Assembly (NCBI GenBank): GCA_964493205.1
Contig: CAZBMJ010000008.1
Location: forward strand, 1,941 to 65,940
Direction: 5' to 3'
Source of the DNA: an uncultured Myxococcales bacterium
GTDB lineage: Bacteria > Myxococcota > UBA727 > JABDBI01
Length of the DNA: 64,000 nucleotides
Below the pieces are notes generated by a model. That model was given only the letters and a program-made list of their open reading frames with translations, did no database searches and was not told the DNA's origin. Both the position numbers and the translations under genes were made by a program. Of this stretch, positions 56,097 to 64,000 are shown piece after piece; within the stretch, counting starts at the first letter, position 1, and each line of letters starts with the position of its first letter.

Positions 56097-59000
56097 CTAA
56101 ATAAATTTTGCAAGGGTATGAATAATTTTTTCTTGTTGGGCTGTGTCAAGATCTAAGCTTGGACAAACCATTATTCTGTTATCAAACCCTTTCGATAACA
56201 AGACACCTTCTTTTTTGCTGGCTTGTATTATTTGTTCTATTTGATTGTGGGGAAGCTTAACTCCTGCCCAATACCCCATGCCTTGTATGTCATAATTTTT
56301 AAATTTATTTTTTAGTTTTAGAACAAAATCATCAGGCTTATTTTGAGCAAACTTAGATCCCCAAATAAGTTTATAATAAGAGCGCATAATAGAAATATCA
56401 TCGCCATCCCATGTGGAGATTAACGTTAAAGGCTTTTGTACAAAATACGCATCATCCACTAAAATATTTCCAAACTGACCATCACTATAAAACCAAATCA
56501 TATTAGGCTTTATGCTTAAGCTATCACTTAAAAATAAATTCTTGCCATTTCTAAAAAAGCCTGAAGTGCTCTCACCAAATATCAATGGAATCCCTGTATT
56601 TTTTCTTATTTCTTCAAGCTTACCTAAAAATTCTTCGTTAAAGCTTAAGGCACTTTTTTCACCTAAAAGTTCTAGTACAATAGCCAATATTTTTTGTGAT
56701 TTATGAGTATCAATAACTTTTTGCAATTCAGTTAAGCTCTTCTCATTGCCAACTATTGCCGGATGACTAATTTTTGGCCATTCAAAAAAGCCAAAGGGTT
56801 TAGCTTGACCCTCATCATGACTTAAGGACCTAGCAGCGGCAGTAATATTGCCAAAATATTGATGAGAAAATCCAATAACTATTTGAGCTTCTTGTCTATG
56901 AAATTTTATGGAGCGCAAACCTTTATCAACCACTTCATCTCTGCCTGAAGTAAAATAGGCATGATTTAGACCTTGGGGCATTAATGATCTTAAAAGCTCG
57001 GCGTAGCGTACAAAATTGGTACTTACCCAGTTAGAAAGGGTAAGTTTTGTACAAGCAAAAGGCCTAAATTCATTATTATCTAGGGCTAATTTTAAATTTT
57101 TTGGATTATGCCATAATTTTTGCAAACTGTTTTGGCAATCTAGCATTTTTGAGTTTGCTGGCAAATTATTGTGTTGATTATTACTTAAGGGCAAACGATA
57201 ATAACGAGCTTTGGCGTCGTCTAGGCCATATTGTTTTTCATAAGTAGCAACTTTATATGCTCCAAAAGAATCGTTAATAAGGGCCATGGAATCAGTAAAG
57301 CCAAGGCGATTTCGTCCACATAAAAACAAATATTTTTGTTGATTATTTTCGTCTTTTATGGCTTTTACAAGCTCTATTTGTTTTTGCTTTAATAACCTGC
57401 CTAGGCCTAGCTTACGAAACTTAGGGTCGATCACACAATCAGTGCTATAAAAACTTTGCTCTTTAAGCTTATCGCTTGTAGGTCCATCTACTTTGGAATA
57501 AATAGCTCCTCCACCAATGGCAAAACCTGCTACTACCTCTTCTTGATTAATTTTTGTAGTAATAATTAAACCTAGACTATGCTTAGTGTTCAGCCAATCT
57601 GCAAAATATTCTAGAGTATCTATTCTGTTTGCTTCATAGCTTTGCTTTTCAATACGCTCTATATCTGCTTTATAATTATTAAAATTATTTTTATCTAAGA
57701 TTATAAAATTAACCTCAGGTTTATCTAAATTAGTCTTAATAAAGTTTTTACTAATCACAACATTATTTTTTATATCAGATAAAGCACAAAAAATATTTTC
57801 AAATAATATATTAATGTCAGTTTCTTCGTTACTAGTATTTAGGCGAAATCGTATGGTTTTCTCACCGGCAATATATGCCATAAAACCACGCAAAAATCGC
57901 TGATTAATAAGTTGCATAGCAAGTGCGTTAGTAGGCATATCAAAAGCAAAAGCAAAGCCGTTAGCTCGAATACTTAAAACTAATTTAGGAAAATATTCTT
58001 TTAGACGGACTAATTCTTTAGTAGTTTTTTGCGTAATCCACAAAGCTTTTTCTTCATCAATAGCTAAAGCGTGTAGCAGGCCTCTTTTTAGTTGCACCAC
58101 ATGAGGAGTATAACTTCTTTGGTTAGGCCATTTACTTAAACATACCCCCAGTTGAGCTTTTTTGCCTAAACTTACGCAATCAGGAGATTCTTTTTGCCCA
58201 AGATGATTTTTAAGTTCAAATTCATGATGCCAAAAAAAAGTACTTCCAAGATGAAAACCAGTTTGAACTTCGTCAAAAATAAGAGGAATCTTATAAAATT
58301 TGGTAAGTCCTCTTAAGGCGTTAAAAAATCTATGAGAAGCATACTTATCGCCACCTTCGCATTGCATAGGTTCAATAATAACAGCTAAAATATTACCCTT
58401 TTCTATTTCATTTTTTAATAAACTTAAACTATTAAGTTCTGAGTTTAATAAATCATCGGCATCTGAAATAATAGGAATTTGCCCTTGATAAAAATTTGTC
58501 AAAAATTCTTTAGTAACCTGAGGTTGCTCAAAATTTATGTGCATTTGAGGAAAAGGTATGAAAGTAGCCTCATAGCCATCAAAGACAAAAGGACCGCGCT
58601 TTTCTTTGTTATAGGTAGCTTGCAGCGATAAAATAGTTCTTCCATGAAATGATCCTTCAAAGGCTATTATTCTACTACCACCTGGCCCATTTTGCCTGGC
58701 AAGATCTAATGCTATTTCATTGGCTTCTGCTCCTGATGAAGCATAGGCAATAGAAGCAAATTCATTACGAGATTTGGTATGCAAAAAATTTTCAAAAGCT
58801 TTTTTAGCTTCTAATGCATCGTTTACAAACTCGTCATTACTATCTAAATTATTACAAGAGAAATCAGTATTTTTAAGCAAACTTAAATCAAACTCGCCTA
58901 TATCATAGGAATTTTGAAAAGTATCGGCACTAAAACCAGAAACCAACGAAGCTATTTGACTTGCTGCATCAATAATAACCAATGGATCATCGTCTATGCT

Positions 59001-60905
59001 TACTAAAAATGGCCCAGAACTTTTTTTCAAATCAATCACTGCTTCTTTTTTATCTTTGGGAACAAAGTTATTAAAATATAATTGATCAAGCATATTTTGT
59101 GATTTTGGTAAATTAATATCTTTTGGAACATTAATATCAGTATGTTTATGTATACTCTTAATAAATAAATCTTCTTGTTTATCTAATAAAATTTTTAATT
59201 TAATTATATGTTCTTGGTTAATATTTTTATTAACAATAAAATCTATTTCTTCATCACGAATAACAAGATTATTTTCAAAAATATTTTTTAGTTCATTATC
59301 AAAAGAAGTTTTAGAAAATATAAGTCTGTTTGAATAACAAGCTTTTGCATAGATTCCAATATTTTCAAAACATTTTTGTAGTTCATGCCGTAAATAAATA
59401 TCATCAGCACAAACTTCTTCATCTTTAATTTCTTTGATTTTAGTAGTTAAAAATTCATCCGCTAGCATATCACCGTAAGCTTGTTCACAAATAGCCACAG
59501 GAAATGTTGCATACCTAACTGCTTCAATACCTGCTGGGCGCTGATTGCCACTTTTATTAACACCACCAAAAGGTAATTGGCCAAACGCTCTATTGGTAGA
59601 TCTATTAAAGTTTAGTAAGCCACTTTTAGTGTTTTTATAAAAATATTCAAAGCTATCTTTATTCAAGCTAAAAAAAGCATTTGATAAACCATAGGGGCTT
59701 TCGTTTACTCTATTTATTGCCTGATCTAGAGTATCAAAAGCTTCTAAGCAAATATTAGGCCCAAAAAGTTCTTCTGACAAATAGCCGTAAGTTTTATGGC
59801 GGCAATCTACTTCATACACAGAAGGCGTAACATAAGCACCATTACCTAAAACTTGGGATTGCAGCAAAATTTTAACGTCTTCTGATTTAGCTAATTTTAG
59901 TTTGCTTAAAAAAGTGTCTAAAGAGTGTGCTGTGGCCAATGGCCCAAACATACCATGGCCACTCAAAGCATTAACGGGCGTAAGTTTAGAAGCTATTTTT
60001 ATTAAATTTTCTTTTACTTCTTTAAAAATACTTTGATGAATTAAAACTCGACTTGTAGCTGTACAACGTTGACCTGTGGTTAAAAAAGCACCTTCTAAGA
60101 TTGCTATTAAAGCTTGCTTCATATGAGCATCAGGCATAAGCACGGCAAAATTTTTGCCTCCCATTTCTAAGGCTACTATTTTATTAGGTTCTTCTATAAG
60201 GCTTTGTTGTAAATATTTACCAACGTTATAACTTCCTGTAAAAATAACTCCATCGATATTTTTATGAGCACATAAGGCTTGCCCTACTTCTCGGCCTCCT
60301 GGCACTATATTGACAACACCCGCATCAAGTCCTGCCTCCAAAAAACATTGAGCATAAATTTCGCTAGTTAATGGGCATATTTCTGATGGTTTTATAACAA
60401 CGCTGTTACCTAAAATAATACTGGGGATAACGTGGCTATGGACCAAATGAACTGGAAAGTTAAATGGACCTATAATAGCCAGTACTCCCTGAGGCTGATA
60501 CCTAGTTTGAGCTCTTAGATTATAAAAATTTTCTTGTGCGACTCTTTTTAGCCCATGTTCAATAACTAAATCAATACGTTCACTTAGGCCTTTTGCTTCT
60601 ACTTTGGCTTCTTTAAGCATTTTGCCCATTTCGCTAGCAATAGCTATGGCTAAATTTTCTTCGTGCTTAATTAAAGATTCTTTTAATTTTTTTAGTTTTT
60701 GTATGCGGTATTCAATGCTTTTTTTATACCAAGATTTGTGAGCAAATCTAGCGGCACTCACCGCCTCTTCAACATGGTCTATACTACTTTTAGTACTAAA
60801 AACTTCTTCGTAATTATTACTGGGATTTTTACTAGTAATAACTATAGAACTACCCAAAATAAATTCATTATTAATGAAGCTTCCACGGCCATGTTTAAAA
60901 GACAT
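56097..60905 (-). CDS. 1602-aa multidomain fusion: AstD-like aldehyde dehydrogenase + LAT-like class-III aminotransferase + GNAT acyltransferase + second, apparently PLP-dead LAT-like domain
   Basis: GGAGG SD. ALDH (aa 1-478; nt 59472..60905): GVLAIIGPFNFPVHL, GGREVGQAL, ALEMGGKN, TTGQRCTATSR, EELFGPN, PFGGVNKSGNQRP. AT-1 (aa ~620-1045; nt 57771..59048): SGAEANEIAL, FEGSFHGRT, IIEPMQCEGGD, IFDEVQTGF, VSLGKKAQLG. GNAT (aa ~1065-1235; nt 57201..57713): VIDPKFRKLGLGRLL. AT-2 (aa ~1270-1602; nt 56100..57098): IFGESTSGF, LISTWDGDD, no Lys at the catalytic position. Confidence 0.8.
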   Translation of the reverse strand: MSFKHGRGSFINNEFILGSSIVITSKNPSNNYEEVFSTKSSIDHVEEAVSAARFAHKSWYKKSIEYRIQKLKKLKESLIKHEENLAIAIASEMGKMLKEAKVEAKGLSERIDLVIEHGLKRVAQENFYNLRAQTRYQPQGVLAIIGPFNFPVHLVHSHVIPSIILGNSVVIKPSEICPLTSEIYAQCFLEAGLDAGVVNIVPGGREVGQALCAHKNIDGVIFTGSYNVGKYLQQSLIEEPNKIVALEMGGKNFAVLMPDAHMKQALIAILEGAFLTTGQRCTATSRVLIHQSIFKEVKENLIKIASKLTPVNALSGHGMFGPLATAHSLDTFLSKLKLAKSEDVKILLQSQVLGNGAYVTPSVYEVDCRHKTYGYLSEELFGPNICLEAFDTLDQAINRVNESPYGLSNAFFSLNKDSFEYFYKNTKSGLLNFNRSTNRAFGQLPFGGVNKSGNQRPAGIEAVRYATFPVAICEQAYGDMLADEFLTTKIKEIKDEEVCADDIYLRHELQKCFENIGIYAKACYSNRLIFSKTSFDNELKNIFENNLVIRDEEIDFIVNKNINQEHIIKLKILLDKQEDLFIKSIHKHTDINVPKDINLPKSQNMLDQLYFNNFVPKDKKEAVIDLKKSSGPFLVSIDDDPLVIIDAASQIASLVSGFSADTFQNSYDIGEFDLSLLKNTDFSCNNLDSNDEFVNDALEAKKAFENFLHTKSRNEFASIAYASSGAEANEIALDLARQNGPGGSRIIAFEGSFHGRTILSLQATYNKEKRGPFVFDGYEATFIPFPQMHINFEQPQVTKEFLTNFYQGQIPIISDADDLLNSELNSLSLLKNEIEKGNILAVIIEPMQCEGGDKYASHRFFNALRGLTKFYKIPLIFDEVQTGFHLGSTFFWHHEFELKNHLGQKESPDCVSLGKKAQLGVCLSKWPNQRSYTPHVVQLKRGLLHALAIDEEKALWITQKTTKELVRLKEYFPKLVLSIRANGFAFAFDMPTNALAMQLINQRFLRGFMAYIAGEKTIRFRLNTSNEETDINILFENIFCALSDIKNNVVISKNFIKTNLDKPEVNFIILDKNNFNNYKADIERIEKQSYEANRIDTLEYFADWLNTKHSLGLIITTKINQEEVVAGFAIGGGAIYSKVDGPTSDKLKEQSFYSTDCVIDPKFRKLGLGRLLKQKQIELVKAIKDENNQQKYLFLCGRNRLGFTDSMALINDSFGAYKVATYEKQYGLDDAKARYYRLPLSNNQHNNLPANSKMLDCQNSLQKLWHNPKNLKLALDNNEFRPFACTKLTLSNWVSTNFVRYAELLRSLMPQGLNHAYFTSGRDEVVDKGLRSIKFHRQEAQIVIGFSHQYFGNITAAARSLSHDEGQAKPFGFFEWPKISHPAIVGNEKSLTELQKVIDTHKSQKILAIVLELLGEKSALSFNEEFLGKLEEIRKNTGIPLIFGESTSGFFRNGKNLFLSDSLSIKPNMIWFYSDGQFGNILVDDAYFVQKPLTLISTWDGDDISIMRSYYKLIWGSKFAQNKPDDFVLKLKNKFKNYDIQGMGYWAGVKLPHNQIEQIIQASKKEGVLLSKGFDNRIMVCPSLDLDTAQQEKIIHTLAKFI

Positions 60906-61036
60906 TATACCTCCAAAAAGATCATTTATAATGTGCCACTCTTAATGTTTATGATCAAGTATTGATTTTGGTATTGTTTTATTTAACCCACTAGATAGAA
61001 CTATTCAGGCATATATGATCTTGATAGGATATAGAA

Positions 61037-61576
61037 ATGATTTTATCTGACAGTGAAATAATAGAACAAATTGAAAAAAAAAATATTGTCATAGAACCTT
61101 TTGACAAAGCATATTTAGGAAGCAACAGCTATGATGTGCATTTAGGAAAGACCCTAGCTGTTTACAATGACGCTATTCTTGATGCAAAAAAACCTGCTTT
61201 AATTACCTATTTTGATATTCCTACTGAAGGCTATGTTTTAATGCCCGATAAACTTTATTTAGGTGTAACCAAAGAATATACCGAAACACTAAAGCATGTG
61301 CCTTTTTTAGAAGGAAAATCTAGTATTGGACGCTTAGGTATCGATATTCATGCAACAGCCGGCAAAGGTGACATTGGATTTAAAAATCACTGGACTTTAG
61401 AAATATCTGTAAAAATGCCCGTGCGAGTATATGCTGACATGCCCATTGGACAAATAATTTATTTTGAAACTAAGGGCGAAGTTTTAACTCCTTATTATTT
61501 AAAAAATAGCGCAAAATACACACAAAAGAGTGATCTTCCTAAAGAATCACAAATGTGGCGTAATTTTTCTTTATAA
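61037..61576 (+). CDS. dcd: dCTP deaminase
   Basis: MILSDSEIIEQIE...IEPF, GSNSYDVHLG, LEGKSSIGRLGI, HWTLEI. Housekeeping size (179 aa). Confidence 0.9.
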   Translation: MILSDSEIIEQIEKKNIVIEPFDKAYLGSNSYDVHLGKTLAVYNDAILDAKKPALITYFDIPTEGYVLMPDKLYLGVTKEYTETLKHVPFLEGKSSIGRLGIDIHATAGKGDIGFKNHWTLEISVKMPVRVYADMPIGQIIYFETKGEVLTPYYLKNSAKYTQKSDLPKESQMWRNFSL

Positions 61577-61660
61577 GAATCGCATTAGCTTAATTTTATT
61601 TCTTTTTTCTTAAATATGGAGTACACTCCAAATTATAGCAGTATTTTTTGGAGTACATTC

Positions 61661-62857
61661 ATGTTTCGCTTTATAACTGAGACTTTTGATCGTTTAATTA
61701 GCGATCTCTCTTTTTCTTATACCCGCTATCTTTACCCACAGTTTAATCTAAATAACCGGTTAACGGGTCTGATTGGAGCTCGTGGCGTAGGAAAAACAAC
61801 TCTTCTTCTTCAATATATTAAAAATGAGTTGGTAAAAGAAAAAAGTGCTTTTTATTTTTCTGCCGATCTGGTTTATTTTCAAAATTCTAATCTTCTTGAA
61901 TTCGTCAGTGATCTTCACCTAAAAGAGGGCTACAAGGTTATTTTTATTGATGAAATTCATAAATATCAGGGATGGGATCAAGAATTAAAAAATATCTATG
62001 ATTCATTCCCATCATTAAAGATAGTTTTTTCTGGAAGTTCGATGCTTGATTTGGTAGCTGGCAGCTATGATCTTTCCCGCCGTGCTAAGCTTTATCGATT
62101 GTATGGTCTTTCTTTCAGAGAATATTTAAATTTTGCTTATGATCTTAAATTAGAAGCGATTTCCTTACCTAACTTGCTTGAGGGTTCACAAAAAATAAAA
62201 ATAGCTAAGATTTTGAATTATTTGCAAGAGTATTTAGAAAGAGGTTACTATCCATTTGTGTTTGAAGATCCTCATTCTTATCATGAAAAAGTTTCTCGTA
62301 TTATTGAAAAAACTATATATGAAGACATTGCAAACTACTATAATTTAAAGACAAATAATCTACAGTATTTTAAGAGAATTTTAACCTATTTAGCATCAAT
62401 TCCGCCAGGTGATGTTAACATTCATAGCTTATCTAAAAATTTAGGAGTAGACCATAAAACTGCAGAACACTATTTAAGTATATTGCTTGGTGTCGGCCTT
62501 ATCAGAGAAATGCGTCCTTTTACAAGTGGTGGGTCTGGACTGCGAAAACCATCAAAATTTATGCTGAATAATACCAATCTAATGCATACCCTACAACAAT
62601 ATTTAGGGCAACCTCTTTCCAAGGGTACGGAACGAGAACTATTTTTTATTCAGTCTTTAGAAAATGCAGGTTATACGCTGTTTCATTCTCAAGCAGCTGA
62701 CTACCAGACCAAAGATGTGATTTTTGAGATCGGTGGCAAAAACAAAACTCGACGACAGTTAAAAGAAACTTTATTACCTGCTTACTTAGTAAAAGACGAT
62801 ATTCTTCATCATCTAAAACAAGAAATACCTCTTTTTCATTGTGGATTTCTTTATTAA
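61661..62857 (+). CDS. AAA+ ATPase of the AAA_14/DUF4143 type
   Basis: Walker A GARGVGKTTLL, Walker B VIFIDEIHK. The C-terminal region is typical of DUF4143 proteins. Start set at MFRFITETF; the ORF track extends to 61616. Confidence 0.75.
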   Translation: MFRFITETFDRLISDLSFSYTRYLYPQFNLNNRLTGLIGARGVGKTTLLLQYIKNELVKEKSAFYFSADLVYFQNSNLLEFVSDLHLKEGYKVIFIDEIHKYQGWDQELKNIYDSFPSLKIVFSGSSMLDLVAGSYDLSRRAKLYRLYGLSFREYLNFAYDLKLEAISLPNLLEGSQKIKIAKILNYLQEYLERGYYPFVFEDPHSYHEKVSRIIEKTIYEDIANYYNLKTNNLQYFKRILTYLASIPPGDVNIHSLSKNLGVDHKTAEHYLSILLGVGLIREMRPFTSGGSGLRKPSKFMLNNTNLMHTLQQYLGQPLSKGTERELFFIQSLENAGYTLFHSQAADYQTKDVIFEIGGKNKTRRQLKETLLPAYLVKDDILHHLKQEIPLFHCGFLY

Positions 62858-62897
62858 AATTGCTTATAAGTTATGAAGCTCATACATAGGAAAAAAA

Positions 62898-64000
62898 ATG
62901 TTTAAAAGAGTTTTGGTAGCTAATCGTGGAGAGATCGCTAAGAGAATAATTAGCACCCTTAATAAAATGGGCATACAATCTATCGCTGTTTATAGCCAAG
63001 CTGATAAAGATTTTTCCTATTTAAAAGAAGCTCATCAGGCTATTTGTATTGGTCCTTCGCGAAGTCTTGAAAGCTATGTTTGTGAAGATGCTGTGCTAGA
63101 AGCTGCAAGGCAATCAGATGCTGAAGCCATTCATCCAGGTTTTGGCTTTTTGTCTGAAAATGCTAGTTTTGCTAAACGTTGTGCCTTACAAAAACTAACT
63201 TTTATTGGCCCTCATCCCAAGCTCATAAGTATGATGGGCGATAAGAATCAAGCGCGCATAACTATGCACAATATGGCCGTCCCTATTTTGCCTGGCAGTT
63301 TGATTATTAATAATTTTGAAGAAGCCATAAGTATTGCCAAAAATATTGGCTATCCAGTTTTATTAAAAGCTAAAGCTGGGGGTGGCGGCAAAGGTATGCG
63401 CTTAGTTACTGATCAAAAAAATATGAAAGATGCATTTTTATCGGCCCAAGCAGAAAGCCTAAGTTCTTTTAAAGACGATTCTTTGTATATGGAAAAATTT
63501 CTAGAAGATGCAAGACATATTGAGTTTCAAGTTCTAGGTGATAATTTTGGCACTATTATTTGCTTAGGTAACCGAGAATGTTCTATTCAGCGAAATAATC
63601 AAAAGCTCATTGAAGAGGCTCCTGCCAATATTAATGAAGAGCAAAACCAATTTATACAAACAAGTATTAAAAATGCTTTGCAAAAACTAAAATATACTAA
63701 CGCGGGCACCATGGAATTTTTACTAGCTAAAAGTGGTGAATTATATTTTATGGAAATGAATACACGTTTGCAGGTAGAACACCCAGTTACAGAATTTATT
63801 TATGGACTAGATATTGTAGAATGGCAAATTCGTATTGCAGCTAATCAAAAACTTGATCTAGACAAGATTAATTTAGTTCCTCATGGCCACGCCATAGAGT
63901 GTAGAATTAACGCTGAAGATCCTAAAAATTATTTTACTCCAAAAAGTGGAGAAATTAGTAATCTTACTTGGCCCAAGCTAAGCTCTGAAATAAGGCTTGA
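62898..64000 (+). CDS. accC: acetyl-CoA carboxylase biotin carboxylase subunit (3'-truncated by window end)
   Basis: ATG at 62898 gives MFKRVLVANRGEIAKRII..., GYPVLLKAKAGGGGKGMR, EMNTRLQVEHPVTE. Open to the end of the window; not in the ORF track because it is truncated. Confidence 0.93.
   Translation, partial: MFKRVLVANRGEIAKRIISTLNKMGIQSIAVYSQADKDFSYLKEAHQAICIGPSRSLESYVCEDAVLEAARQSDAEAIHPGFGFLSENASFAKRCALQKLTFIGPHPKLISMMGDKNQARITMHNMAVPILPGSLIINNFEEAISIAKNIGYPVLLKAKAGGGGKGMRLVTDQKNMKDAFLSAQAESLSSFKDDSLYMEKFLEDARHIEFQVLGDNFGTIICLGNRECSIQRNNQKLIEEAPANINEEQNQFIQTSIKNALQKLKYTNAGTMEFLLAKSGELYFMEMNTRLQVEHPVTEFIYGLDIVEWQIRIAANQKLDLDKINLVPHGHAIECRINAEDPKNYFTPKSGEISNLTWPKLSSEIRL

Noticed and set aside
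60906-61036. Sigma54-type TGGCAC element upstream of the giant ORF
   Set aside because: TGGCAC is present, but the -12 TTGC element at the correct spacing is missing.
61037-61576. dCTP deaminase as a nucleotide-depletion anti-phage gene
   Set aside because: It has housekeeping length and motifs with no extra N-terminal kinase-like domain. It is most simply the core dcd.

Overview
Visibly AT-rich bacterial chromosomal segment of Gram-negative type, judged from lipobox lipoproteins, a small beta-barrel OMP, and PEGA and BamD/YbgF-like proteins. No rRNA, tRNA or CRISPR array was recognised. The backbone is ordinary housekeeping: S66 LD-carboxypeptidase, ALDH, PlsC-like acyltransferase, cdsA, uppS, pgpA, ftsZ, ftsA, gcvPA/gcvPB, threonine dehydratase, a GAF-GGDEF cyclase, polyprenyl synthase, mvaD plus phosphomevalonate kinase, sucCD, hemolysin-III, ftsK, alr, gcvH, glmS, fabH, dcd and a 3'-truncated accC. 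Between these lie many very AT-rich orphan ORFs, most with signal peptides or lipoboxes. Several carry eukaryote- or glycan-directed modules: a 6-blade propeller lectin encoded by a 129-bp tandem repeat, an MVL-like lectin, a ricin-B domain, an F-box, and bipartite-NLS-like tails. This suggests a host- or prey-associated lifestyle. Taxonomy is not determinable here; a myxobacterial-type Cys/Asp motif, PEGA and split gcvP hint at a Bdellovibrionota/Oligoflexia-like or similar lineage. Most notable items: (1) a tight minus-strand operon at 53723..60905. Its first gene is one 1602-aa fusion of an AstD-like aldehyde dehydrogenase, a LAT-like class-III aminotransferase, a GNAT and a second, apparently PLP-dead LAT-like domain. 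It is followed by a C45 Ntn-hydrolase/acyltransferase and a third aminotransferase. (2) A translationally coupled orphan pair directly downstream of glmS, whose first product ends in a HicA-like RNase domain. (3) An orphan, highly diverged nuoA/B/C-like trio with no nuoD onward. (4) Two single-gene insertions with the same geometry, each flanked by long direct repeats copied from the 5' end and upstream region of the neighbouring gene. (5) A RelE/HigB-XRE toxin-antitoxin pair with an apparently leaderless promoter and an operator palindrome. (6) A decayed hybrid histidine kinase with an intact receiver, and a degraded rve-type transposase at the window start. All domain calls come from motif recognition by eye; no searches were run.
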